Shown here: positions 49,740 through 58,938 of the stretch, piece after piece
Layout: the number at the start of each line of letters is the position of its first letter
How positions within the stretch are numbered: position 1 is the stretch's first letter
Made by a program: the position numbers and the translations under genes
Origin: an uncultured Fidelibacterota bacterium
GTDB taxonomy: Bacteria; Fidelibacterota; Marinisomatia; Marinisomatales; Marinisomataceae
DNA length: 64,000 nt
Assembly: GCA_902538565.1 (NCBI GenBank)
Contig: CACBFQ010000002.1
Coordinates: 221,908 to 285,907 of the forward strand
Direction of reading: 5' to 3'
The notes under the pieces: generated by a model
What the model saw: the letters and a program-made list of their open reading frames with translations, nothing else
The model's database searches: none
What the model was told of the DNA's origin: nothing

Positions 49740-50710
49740 TTAATTTCTTTAATTACTAAAATTTCTAAATTATTCGGAGATAAATCTTTCCACTCGATTA
49801 AGTAATCTGGTAATTTAATTGTAGGCGAATAAAATTGTTTCTCTGAATTCCATAAATCAAAATCAATAATTACATCAATATCTTCTGGAAGAATATTAGT
49901 AATTTGATTCAGACCTCCAACGATAGTTAATGATACAGTGGCAGGATTAACAAAAACATTTACATCATTAGGCTTATTGATCAACTCAACAGGGATTCCA
50001 GTAACAATTGTTTCACTTATTGGCTGTACGTCAATTAATGCATCTACTTTTTTTGGATCAAAACTGACAAGTTTATTAGGATTTAATATTGACCAATTTC
50101 CATTTACTGAAGCAATTAAATCCAATAAAGTATCTTTTTCTGTAAAAACAAAATCAATTTCATTTACAGCTTCTTCAGGTCCTCCAATACTAATCGAATC
50201 TGGTGAAAATTGTCCTTCAAGAGCAATATATCCAGGCTCTGTAGATACTAAAATTTGCGACTCAATAGGAACTTTTTTAACCAGATATCTTTGCAATTTT
50301 ATTTGAACATTTCTGGGATTTAAAACTTCTACAAATTGCAAATCAAGAGAGGATGGTAAAACTATTTTTTCAGGATTTTCTTTAAAATATGAATCTAGTT
50401 CAAAGTTATATTCATCAGTGATACTGCTTAAATCAATTACAGCTTTAAAATCATCTCTATAAAGATTATTAAGGACTCTTAGCCATATAAAAGATCTACC
50501 TGTGCCTTTTAAGGTTGCGAAAATACTTTCGGGAACCTCTTCCTTATATGTCTTTTGTTCTTGAAGATTTCTGGCTACTAATGGAATATCTAAATTAACA
50601 GTGTATGAATCTTCACTTTTAATAAAAAACCAAAAAACAAAAGCAATAACAAAAGAATAAGCAATTCTTTTAAATTTAGTTGTATTAATCGCCAACATTT
50701 GTTTCATCAA
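49736..50710 (-). CDS. CdaR/YbbR-like protein
   Basis: N-terminal TM ending FWFFI, then two YbbR-like repeats (V.G...P.SISIGGP; VNPATVSLTIVGG...I.V.ID; LSPNNLEI). Confidence 0.75.
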   Translation of the reverse strand: MMKQMLAINTTKFKRIAYSFVIAFVFWFFIKSEDSYTVNLDIPLVARNLQEQKTYKEEVPESIFATLKGTGRSFIWLRVLNNLYRDDFKAVIDLSSITDEYNFELDSYFKENPEKIVLPSSLDLQFVEVLNPRNVQIKLQRYLVKKVPIESQILVSTEPGYIALEGQFSPDSISIGGPEEAVNEIDFVFTEKDTLLDLIASVNGNWSILNPNKLVSFDPKKVDALIDVQPISETIVTGIPVELINKPNDVNVFVNPATVSLTIVGGLNQITNILPEDIDVIIDFDLWNSEKQFYSPTIKLPDYLIEWKDLSPNNLEILVIKEIN

Positions 50711-52487
50711 GCATTAAGATAATATTTTTATCGTCTGATTTAATATCTACTACAATTAAATCTAAAGCATCACCCTCGTTTAGCGAGCTAACAACATTCT
50801 TTTTTTGATCTTTAGATATATTATTCATAGGTATTAAACCTTCAATTTCATTATCTAATTTAATAATAATGCCTGAATCATTCATCTTTTCGAATGAACC
50901 TTTTATTTTATCTCCAGAATTAAATTTAGCTTCAATACCTTCCCAAGGATTTTCAGCCAAATCTTTAATACTTAATAAAACTTTTCTTTCTTTCTCAAGT
51001 ATCTCTAGGACAATATAGTCTATTTTATCTCCTTCATTGACAAACTCTTTCGGATGTGAAGGATTTTTAGTCCAATGAAAATCAGTTGTTCTAACAAATC
51101 CTTCTAATTCGTCTGTCAAAGAAACAAAGGCTCCAAACTTAGTCACTTTATTTACTGTGCCAGAATTTTTGTCACCAACTTTAACAAGATCACTGATTTT
51201 TTCCCATGGATCATCAGAAAGTTGTTTTATTCCTAAGCTAATTTTTTGCTCATTTGAATCAACAAATAAAACTTTCGAATCAAGAGTATCTCCAACTTTG
51301 AAAGTATCTTGCAGATTCTGAACATTTTTAGTCCATGATACTTCAGATATATGAATTAAGCCTTCGATACCTTTTTCAAGTTCAATAAAGATACCGTAAT
51401 TCATAATACTAACAATATTACCTTTAACAACATCTCCGACTTTATATTTTTCAGGGATAGTTTTCCAAGGATTATCAACTAATTGTTTTAGTCCAAGTGA
51501 AATTCTAGAAGTTTCTTTATTAAAATCAATTACTTGGACTGTAATTTCTTGACCAATTTCTACAATCTCGGATGGATGATTGATTCTTCCCCATGAAAAA
51601 TCAGTAATATGAATTAATCCATCTACTCCTCCAAGATCAACAAAAGCACCAAAATCAGTTATATTTTTTACAACTCCTTGCAGCTCTGCACCAATCTCAA
51701 TTTTTGTCATCAGTTCTTGTCTTTTTTCGTTGAGTGATTCTTCAAGAATAGCTTTTCTTGAAACAACAAGATTTTTTCTCATTTCGTCGACTTTTACGAT
51801 TTGGAAATCAAATTCTTTTCCAATTAGATCATCGAAATTTTTGATTGGCTGTACATCAGCTTGAGAACCTGGTAAGAAAGCTTGAATTACTCCCAAGTCT
51901 ACGACCAATCCACCTTTTACTCTCTTGACAATTTTACCATTAACAGGTTCACCGCTGTCACAGAAATGTTTTAATTCATCCCATCTCTTAATAAAATCGG
52001 CTTTATATTTTGATAAAGTGATATTACCATCAGTGTCTTCAAATTTTTCCAAAAATATATCAATATTTGAACCAATTTCAGGCAAGTCTTTATTATCAAA
52101 TTCAGAACGATTAATTAAACCTTCGGATTTAAAGCCAATGTCTACCATTACATCGCTATCACTTATACCAATAACTTTAGCAGATATAATTTGATTTTCA
52201 GATATATCATTAAATGTTCCTTGATATTCCTCAGATAAAGCTTGATGCTTATCATCTTCTGATGGTTTATCACCAGTAAATGATATTCTTTTTATATCTG
52301 CAAATAAATCTTTACTTAAATAATCTTTAATACTTTTTTTATTATCTGTTGAAGATTTTTTTTCTTCATTTTTTTGTTCAGATGCTTCAGCAGTTACTTC
52401 TTCAACTAAAGCTTCCTCTTTATTTGATTCAACAGCAGTTAATTTGTTATCATTTTCTTTAATTTCTTTATTTAGTTTATCGTTCAT
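50685..52487 (-). CDS. rpsA: 30S ribosomal protein S1
   Basis: Six S1 repeats (DIGFKSEG, AFLPGSQ, FGAFVDLGGVDGLIH, GLIHISE ...); follows cmk; acidic N-terminal extension. Confidence 0.96.
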   Translation of the reverse strand: MNDKLNKEIKENDNKLTAVESNKEEALVEEVTAEASEQKNEEKKSSTDNKKSIKDYLSKDLFADIKRISFTGDKPSEDDKHQALSEEYQGTFNDISENQIISAKVIGISDSDVMVDIGFKSEGLINRSEFDNKDLPEIGSNIDIFLEKFEDTDGNITLSKYKADFIKRWDELKHFCDSGEPVNGKIVKRVKGGLVVDLGVIQAFLPGSQADVQPIKNFDDLIGKEFDFQIVKVDEMRKNLVVSRKAILEESLNEKRQELMTKIEIGAELQGVVKNITDFGAFVDLGGVDGLIHITDFSWGRINHPSEIVEIGQEITVQVIDFNKETSRISLGLKQLVDNPWKTIPEKYKVGDVVKGNIVSIMNYGIFIELEKGIEGLIHISEVSWTKNVQNLQDTFKVGDTLDSKVLFVDSNEQKISLGIKQLSDDPWEKISDLVKVGDKNSGTVNKVTKFGAFVSLTDELEGFVRTTDFHWTKNPSHPKEFVNEGDKIDYIVLEILEKERKVLLSIKDLAENPWEGIEAKFNSGDKIKGSFEKMNDSGIIIKLDNEIEGLIPMNNISKDQKKNVVSSLNEGDALDLIVVDIKSDDKNIILMLDETNVGD

Positions 52488-52488
52488 G

Positions 52489-53154
52489 TTATTTCTCTAT
52501 ATGTTTTAAAATTTGGTTAACCTGTTCTTCAAAAGAACAAAGAGTAGTATCAATTATAATTGCATCTACTGGTTTTTTTAATGGAGATAGTTTACGTGTG
52601 CTATCGTACTTATCTCTAGTTTCCAAATCCTCTTTAATTTCGTTAATATTCTTGGCTTCATTAATTTTCTCAAAATCAGCCAACCTTCTTTTAGCTCTAA
52701 TATCATAGTCTGCTTGAAGATAAAATTTATATTTTGCATCAGGAAATACAACTGTGCCAATGTCTCTACCTTCAACAACAAAGTTACCTTTTTTAGTAAA
52801 AGATCTTTGAATTTGAACCATCATTTCTCTTACTTCTTTAATTGCACTTACTGCACTAACCTTACTAGTAACTTCTTGACTACGAATTTTCAAACTAATA
52901 TCATCTTCATCTAAAAAAATTCTCATATCACTTTCAGACGAAAAATCTATACGCAATTTTATGGATTTGAGTGAATTATCCACCTCACTCTCTGATGTTA
53001 AATCAACATTCTGATTAATAAAAAAGAATGTTACTGCCCGATACATAGCACCTGTGTCAAAGTACTGGTATCCTAGCCTTTTTGCTAACTCTTTTGCAGT
53101 AGATGTTTTACCAACTCCTGCCGCACCATCAATTGTAATTACCATAAATGCCAC
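52489..53154 (-). CDS. cmk: Cytidylate kinase
   Basis: ITIDGAAGVGKT, DTGAMYR, VEGRDIGTVVFPDA, RD..D..R..SPL. Alternative start ATG 53145. Confidence 0.96.
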   Translation of the reverse strand: MAFMVITIDGAAGVGKTSTAKELAKRLGYQYFDTGAMYRAVTFFFINQNVDLTSESEVDNSLKSIKLRIDFSSESDMRIFLDEDDISLKIRSQEVTSKVSAVSAIKEVREMMVQIQRSFTKKGNFVVEGRDIGTVVFPDAKYKFYLQADYDIRAKRRLADFEKINEAKNINEIKEDLETRDKYDSTRKLSPLKKPVDAIIIDTTLCSFEEQVNQILKHIEK

Positions 53155-53204
53155 GAAAGTTAGTTTTTCTTTATAAAAATACCAAGATGTTTAGTTTTTA
53201 CGAC

Positions 53205-53912
53205 TTATGACTGAATTTTAATTAAAAAACTTAATTCTTTTTTTGTTAGAGGTCTCCAACTTCCGATAGCCAGGTTTGAAAGTTTAATTTCTCCTATTCG
53301 AACTCTTTTTAAAGATAAAAGGTTCAAATCAAGAAATTTAAAAATTCTTCTTATTTCATTCTTTTTACCCTGCTTCAAAATCATTGTAACTTCAATACGA
53401 CCTTTTTTTAGTTCTTGTAAAACGATTTTAGCCCTGCCTTTTTCATTTGATCCAATGAAAATTCCTTTACGGAGCTTATTAATATTTTTTTCACTGATAT
53501 ATTTATCAGTAATGGCAATATATTCTTTTTCTATCTTGTTCTTAGGATGCATTAAATATTGAGAAAGATTACCGTCATTTGTAAGCAAAATAGCTCCGGT
53601 GGTATCTTTGTCTAACCTCCCAACATGATTTAAGGGAGGATTTTTTGGAATTAATTCAAAAATAGTTTTCCTACCTTTTTCATCTGACTTTGTTGATATA
53701 TAACCTTTAGGCTTGTTAAGCAATATAGTAGCTAAATCAGTTTTATAATTTATTTTTTTTTGATCAAGTCTAATATCATCCTTAGCTTCAATATCAATGA
53801 ACGGGTCAAGTATAAGTTTTCCATTAACCGTAACCATCGCTTCTTGAATTGCATCAATTGATTTTCTTCTTGATAGTTCTCCAGATGAAGATATAACCTT
53901 AAAAAGTTTCAT
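53205..53912 (-). CDS. rluB: rRNA pseudouridine synthase (RluB/RsuA family)
   Basis: S4 domain (SRRK), LNKPKG, VGRLDKDTTG (catalytic Asp), GKKNEIRR; scpB-rluB synteny. Confidence 0.88.
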   Translation of the reverse strand: MKLFKVISSSGELSRRKSIDAIQEAMVTVNGKLILDPFIDIEAKDDIRLDQKKINYKTDLATILLNKPKGYISTKSDEKGRKTIFELIPKNPPLNHVGRLDKDTTGAILLTNDGNLSQYLMHPKNKIEKEYIAITDKYISEKNINKLRKGIFIGSNEKGRAKIVLQELKKGRIEVTMILKQGKKNEIRRIFKFLDLNLLSLKRVRIGEIKLSNLAIGSWRPLTKKELSFLIKIQS

Positions 53913-54442
53913 TATGATAAATCTTCAGATTCAACAAGCTCTGTAACTTCATCTGGTGTCGGCATTTCATTAAGATTGCTAATACCAAAATGTTTCAAAT
54001 AATCGTCGGTTGTTTTGTATAGAAGGGCTTTTCCGATTGAATCATCTCTTCCTTGAATCTTAATTAGACTTTTTGACAACAAATTTTTTAAAACCCCCTT
54101 ACAGTCAACTCCTCTTATTGTTTCAATATCAATTCTTGATATTGGTTGCTTATAAGCAATGATCGCTAATACCTCAAGCGCTGCATTTGAAAGCATTAAT
54201 TTTTTTGAGGGAATAAGCTTGGAGATGTATGGTTCAAAATCTTTCTTACTAACCATCATAAATCCATCACCGATGGGTTTTATATAAAAAGAGCTTTCTT
54301 CATATAAATTATTAAGATTTGAAACTTCTTTTTCTAAATCTGGTGCATTTTCTTTGCCAAAAACTTTAATTATATCTTTTTGAACTAATGGAACAGTAGA
54401 TACAAAAAAAAGTGATTCTAAAATTTTTTGATTTTCAGTCAT
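53912..54442 (-). CDS. scpB: SMC-Scp complex subunit ScpB
   Basis: LSNAALEVLAIIAYKQPI.R..IE.IRGV, LYKTT..YLKHFG. Confidence 0.95.
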   Translation of the reverse strand: MTENQKILESLFFVSTVPLVQKDIIKVFGKENAPDLEKEVSNLNNLYEESSFYIKPIGDGFMMVSKKDFEPYISKLIPSKKLMLSNAALEVLAIIAYKQPISRIDIETIRGVDCKGVLKNLLSKSLIKIQGRDDSIGKALLYKTTDDYLKHFGISNLNEMPTPDEVTELVESEDLS

Positions 54443-55161
54443 GCTTCAGCAATAATTAGTTTTATTTCAATGTCTTTAAAGTTTTCTTTCTGTGAACAAA
54501 TAATTTCAGACTGTTTTATCATATCTAATAATGCAAGAAATGTAACGATAATTTCAATTTTTGTTTCCAGTTTTTTAACAAGTTTTTTTAAAGATATTAT
54601 TTTATTAGTTTTGAATTGTTGTAAAATAAAATTTTTCTTCTCCTTCAAAGAAACAATTTCTCGATAAATTTCAAATGTGTCTTGAGTTGGAGCATTATCA
54701 ACTGCATCTTTAAAAATTTTTGATATATCAAATAAAGTTACTTCATTTAAAAAATCAGATACATCAGGAGATTGATCATAAACTACTTTTGATGAAGACC
54801 TAAAAAATGAATCTTTATTTTCAAAATGTAAATTTTTTAACTTGTGAGCTATATTTTTGTATTTCTTATATTCAAGTAGTTGGGCTACAAGGTCAATTCT
54901 TGGATCATCAATATCCAAAGATTCTTCATCTATCTGTCTAGGTAAAAGCATTTGAGTTTTGATTCTTAATAGCATAGAAGCCATAAATAAGAATTCTCCA
55001 GCAATCGAAACATCTAGTTTTTCCGCTTCATCAATAACTGCAATATATTTATTAGTAATTTGTGTTATTGGGATGTCATAGATATCAATTTTATCTCTTT
55101 TAATAAAATATAAAAGTAAATCTAATGGTCCTTCGAAGTTCTCTAGCTTTATATTAAACAT
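54439..55161 (-). CDS. scpA: Segregation and condensation protein ScpA
   Basis: FEGPLDLLLYFI, IDIYDIPI, AGEFL.MA..L..IKTQMLLP, VTFLALLDM. Confidence 0.95.
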   Translation of the reverse strand: MFNIKLENFEGPLDLLLYFIKRDKIDIYDIPITQITNKYIAVIDEAEKLDVSIAGEFLFMASMLLRIKTQMLLPRQIDEESLDIDDPRIDLVAQLLEYKKYKNIAHKLKNLHFENKDSFFRSSSKVVYDQSPDVSDFLNEVTLFDISKIFKDAVDNAPTQDTFEIYREIVSLKEKKNFILQQFKTNKIISLKKLVKKLETKIEIIVTFLALLDMIKQSEIICSQKENFKDIEIKLIIAEA

Positions 55162-56127
55162 TTATAGTAAACCAGTTGCACTTTTAACTTCTTGAAGTGT
55201 CTTTTGAGCAATTTTCTTTGCTTTATTTTGTCCCAAAATCATTTTTTGATTTACCTCATCAGGGTTTGCGAACAGTTGCTCTCTTTTTGATCTTTGCAAC
55301 TCAAAGAAAGAAATAATAGTCTCGATTAGTTCATTTTTAATGTCCATATATTTTAAACCGGGAGTATCGTACCTTTCTGCAAGCTCTTTTTTAGATTCAT
55401 CATTTAGAAATAATGAGTAAATCTTGAATAAAATTGTATTTTTATCTTTGGGTTCATTCAATCCAGCAGAATCAGTAACAATATTCATTACTTGATTTTT
55501 TATAGTGTCATTATCAGCAAAAATAGGAATAGTATTATTATATGATTTACTCATTTTTTGATTATCTACTCCAATTACAACCTCATTACTTTTATCTATT
55601 TCTATTTCAGGGATCGTGAAAATTTCTCCGAATGAGTTGTTAAATTTGATGGCAATATCTCTTGTCATTTCTAGATGTTGCTTTTGATCTTTACCAACAG
55701 GTACAATCTCAGATTGAAATAATAAAATATCGGATGCCATTAGAATTGGGTATGAAAATAGACCCATATTTGGCTTCAAGCCATTAGCTATTTTGTCTTT
55801 ATAAGAGGTTGATCTCTGCATCAAACCTACTGATGCAAAGTTTGACAAAATCCAAGCTAGCTCCGTTACTTCAGGGACGTGTGATTGAACCCAAAATGTC
55901 GATTGATCTGGGTCAATTCCAAGAGCTAAGAGGTCAATAAATGCTTCTCGAGTATTTGCTTCAAGTTTGACTTTATCATTAATTGAAGTCATTGAATGAT
56001 AATTTGCTACAAAGCAGAATAATTCTGATTCATTTTGAAATTGAATCATCCTTTCTATCATTCCAAAATAATTTCCAATATGAAGTTGCCCTGAAGGCTG
56101 TGCACCGCTTAAAATTCTTTTTTTCAT
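55162..56127 (-). CDS. trpS: Tryptophan--tRNA ligase
   Basis: SGAQPSGQLHIGNY, YPILMASDIL, VGKDQKQH, KMSKS. Confidence 0.98.
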   Translation of the reverse strand: MKKRILSGAQPSGQLHIGNYFGMIERMIQFQNESELFCFVANYHSMTSINDKVKLEANTREAFIDLLALGIDPDQSTFWVQSHVPEVTELAWILSNFASVGLMQRSTSYKDKIANGLKPNMGLFSYPILMASDILLFQSEIVPVGKDQKQHLEMTRDIAIKFNNSFGEIFTIPEIEIDKSNEVVIGVDNQKMSKSYNNTIPIFADNDTIKNQVMNIVTDSAGLNEPKDKNTILFKIYSLFLNDESKKELAERYDTPGLKYMDIKNELIETIISFFELQRSKREQLFANPDEVNQKMILGQNKAKKIAQKTLQEVKSATGLL

Positions 56128-56130
56128 AAA

Positions 56131-56658
56131 CTAATTTTTACTTTGAAAAAGGTATTCTTTCCATCCCTCATTCTCTTGATTAATATATTGATTAAAATAC
56201 ATAAATCTATTCGGTTTTTTTGGAACTTTCATCAGTTTCATATTTGCCTCAACAAGAGTTCTATTACCCTTCCTTGAATTACAAGGAGAGCAAGCAATAA
56301 TCAAATTTTCCCAAGAGTCTTTTCCACCTTTTTGTTTAGGTATGATATGATCAATAGTTAAGTTTGATTTTGAGCCACAATACTGACAGGAAGAATGATC
56401 TCTCATTAGCAAGTTTTTTCGGTTTAAAACAACATCTAAGCTATTAAAAGAGACATACTTCTTTAATTTAACAACACTCGGAACTTTCATTTGCATTGAG
56501 GGAGAATGAATATGATGATCATAATTCATTAAGATATCTACTTTATCTAAAAAATATAAACAAATTGCACGCTTAGAATTACATACGCCTAAAGGTAAAT
56601 AACTTGCATTTAATATTAGTGTTAAGTTATTAAGGTGACTGATATCATGTTTAGACAT
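56131..56658 (-). CDS. HNH endonuclease (McrA-like, zinc-binding)
   Basis: LILNASY.PL, RD..CQYCG, LTIDHIIP..KGG..SWEN...AC..CN..KG. Confidence 0.92.
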   Translation of the reverse strand: MSKHDISHLNNLTLILNASYLPLGVCNSKRAICLYFLDKVDILMNYDHHIHSPSMQMKVPSVVKLKKYVSFNSLDVVLNRKNLLMRDHSSCQYCGSKSNLTIDHIIPKQKGGKDSWENLIIACSPCNSRKGNRTLVEANMKLMKVPKKPNRFMYFNQYINQENEGWKEYLFQSKN

Positions 56659-56691
56659 ACAACAATTTATAAATAATCATTTACATTGTAC

Positions 56692-56877
56692 AAAATAAAG
56701 TTTAAAGTTTTATAGCAATTGTAGGGAATAAAGTGAAAAACTTTAGCAGTCCCCGCTACTGTAATTACTGAGATTTAATAATAGCCATTCAACATTGTTG
56801 GAGAAGGAATTAAATCATTTTAGGTATAAGCCAGGAGACCTTATTTGCAAAAATATTAATAAACTTCGGAGGAAAGT
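56692..56877 (+). ncRNA. Cobalamin (AdoCbl-class) riboswitch
   Basis: AGGGAA, P4 aaag-tgaaaaa-cttt, GCAGTCCCCGCTACTGT, extension gatttaat/attaaatc with GCCATT...GAAGG, B12 box AAGCCAGGAGACC; immediately upstream of a TonB-dependent receptor. The 5' boundary is approximate. Confidence 0.92.
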
Positions 56878-58938
56878 ATGATGAAAAAATCATATATATT
56901 ACTAATAGTATTAATATCAAATCTGTTTGGACAAACTTTTACTGGTAATGTTAAGGACGTATCTGGAACTGAAATATCTTATGTTGTAATTGAAGAATTA
57001 AATTCAGAGTCACAAGAAAGAAATTGGACAATTTCAGATGAGAGTGGTGGTTTCTCAATCAATATCAATAGTGAATCAGATGTTTTATTTCAAAGAATAG
57101 GATTTAAAGATGTCGTTGTAAAACCAGACCAATTCGGTAAATCTATAATTATGGTCAAAGAAGATATATCACTTGAAGAAGTTGATGTGTATGGTAAGAA
57201 AAAAGAGGTATATCTTAAAAATAAGACTTTATTAAATAATTTAGGAATTTATTCAAGAGGTGGATCTCTTAATCAAATTCCTTCTCTAGAAATGAGGACC
57301 TATGGTGGATATGCTGGAGTCACCTCCGCATCTTTTGACGGTGGATATGCTAGACATACAAAAGTTCTTTACAATGGAATTGATTTGACTGATGCAATGA
57401 ATGGTCAGGTTGATCTTTCTACTCTACCTTCTTTCGCTCTCCAATCTGTTAATTACAGATTAAATTCTGGAACAAAATTTGGTTCTGGCTCTATTGATGG
57501 TTCACTAAACATTAATAATAATATTTTAAATAATAATGTATTCTTTAGTGTAGGAGATTTTGGATTTTCACAGTACGGAGCTAATTATTCTATAAACAGA
57601 AAAACTTCAAAAAGAAATATTTCATTTGGTAAAACCTCATATGATGGAGATTATAAATATTCTGATTCCTCAGGAAATAAGGTTAAACGATTAAATAATT
57701 ATTTAGATCAATTTTTTCTTTCTGTTGATAGACAATTTCTTATCAGAGAAGACTTTCTACTAAATATATTTACACTGGTAACTGAGAATGTTAGAGGAGC
57801 ATCAGGGAGTACAAGTTTTCCATCACCGAATGCCACAAGAACGGATGACTTTGAATTATTTGCTTTATCCTTCAATAAGTTTTTTGAAAATGGTTCACTT
57901 GATTTGTATATGAATAGATCAAATAATTACCAAGAATTTGATGATTCAGAAGGATCTTTCCCAATTTATAGTGAACACGCACTTGACTATTCAGCTTTTG
58001 GGTTCAAAGGAAATCAAACAATAAATCCGTCTTTTAATTATGAAGCTGTTTTCAATATAAAATCTGAACGAGTTGACAGCACTGAATTACAAAAAGAAGA
58101 GTTGGAAACAACGTCATTTTCGTTTGTTGGTAATTATGTTAATTCTGACTACGACTTCAAGGTTTCTCCTTCAATGCGCTACGATTCAAGGGAAGAAAAT
58201 AACAAAACAACTTATAATTTAGGGTTTGAAGCAATAAATCAATTTGTTGATTCTGGTAGTTCATTTGACTTTAACCTAGATATAGGTTCATCATTTCAAT
58301 TTCCTACAATGAATGATTTATTTTGGCCAGATGGTTTATATAGTGGAGGCAATCCTAATTTAAAACCTGAAGAAAGTGAATACATTGCACTATCCATCTC
58401 AAATGAATCTTTGATTGGAAAAATAAAAGTAACTGCATCTTTTAAAGATTATGAAAATTTAATATTATGGCAGCCCAACGAATCTTTTAAATATATACCT
58501 ATAAATGTTTCCTCAGCTGAAAGAACGTCTTATAATTTTCAATACTTAAAAGATTTTTCAGACTTACATATGCAATTAACATATAATGTATATGACACTC
58601 TTGATAAAGACGTAGATGAAAAGCTATTATATGTACCTGATAGCTCTGCTAGCTTACTTCTTATATACAAATTAAATAATTTAACTCATTATTCATTAAA
58701 CTATAAGTTAGTTGGCGACAGGATTTTGCAATATCAGTCCTCATTTGCTGAACAAGTAAATGATAAATCATATGGATTACTTAGTCTTGGAGTGTCAAAT
58801 GTTTTTAATTGGGTGGATGAAAATTCAATAGTGCTTAATATGACTGTAGATAATCTTTTAGATGAAGAATATATTTCTACTATTGGTTACCCAGAACCTG
58901 GAAGAAGTATAAATTTAACTTTAGAATATAGGCTTTAG
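56878..58938 (+). CDS. btuB: TonB-dependent cobalamin receptor (BtuB-like)
   Basis: Signal peptide, N-terminal carboxypeptidase-regulatory-like domain, plug (HTKVLYNGI), NPNLKPEES, DNLLDEEY, GYPEPGRS C-terminus. B12 specificity is inferred from the riboswitch. Confidence 0.8.
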   Translation: MMKKSYILLIVLISNLFGQTFTGNVKDVSGTEISYVVIEELNSESQERNWTISDESGGFSININSESDVLFQRIGFKDVVVKPDQFGKSIIMVKEDISLEEVDVYGKKKEVYLKNKTLLNNLGIYSRGGSLNQIPSLEMRTYGGYAGVTSASFDGGYARHTKVLYNGIDLTDAMNGQVDLSTLPSFALQSVNYRLNSGTKFGSGSIDGSLNINNNILNNNVFFSVGDFGFSQYGANYSINRKTSKRNISFGKTSYDGDYKYSDSSGNKVKRLNNYLDQFFLSVDRQFLIREDFLLNIFTLVTENVRGASGSTSFPSPNATRTDDFELFALSFNKFFENGSLDLYMNRSNNYQEFDDSEGSFPIYSEHALDYSAFGFKGNQTINPSFNYEAVFNIKSERVDSTELQKEELETTSFSFVGNYVNSDYDFKVSPSMRYDSREENNKTTYNLGFEAINQFVDSGSSFDFNLDIGSSFQFPTMNDLFWPDGLYSGGNPNLKPEESEYIALSISNESLIGKIKVTASFKDYENLILWQPNESFKYIPINVSSAERTSYNFQYLKDFSDLHMQLTYNVYDTLDKDVDEKLLYVPDSSASLLLIYKLNNLTHYSLNYKLVGDRILQYQSSFAEQVNDKSYGLLSLGVSNVFNWVDENSIVLNMTVDNLLDEEYISTIGYPEPGRSINLTLEYRL

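Noticed and set aside
43348-52487. Internal sequence repeats in mltD and rpsA
   Set aside because: Ordinary LysM and S1 domain repeats, not DNA repeat elements.
56131-56658. HNH gene as a homing endonuclease, mobile element or defence system
   Set aside because: No intron/intein context, flanking repeats, methylase or other defence genes; it looks like the common stand-alone McrA-like HNH in a housekeeping operon.
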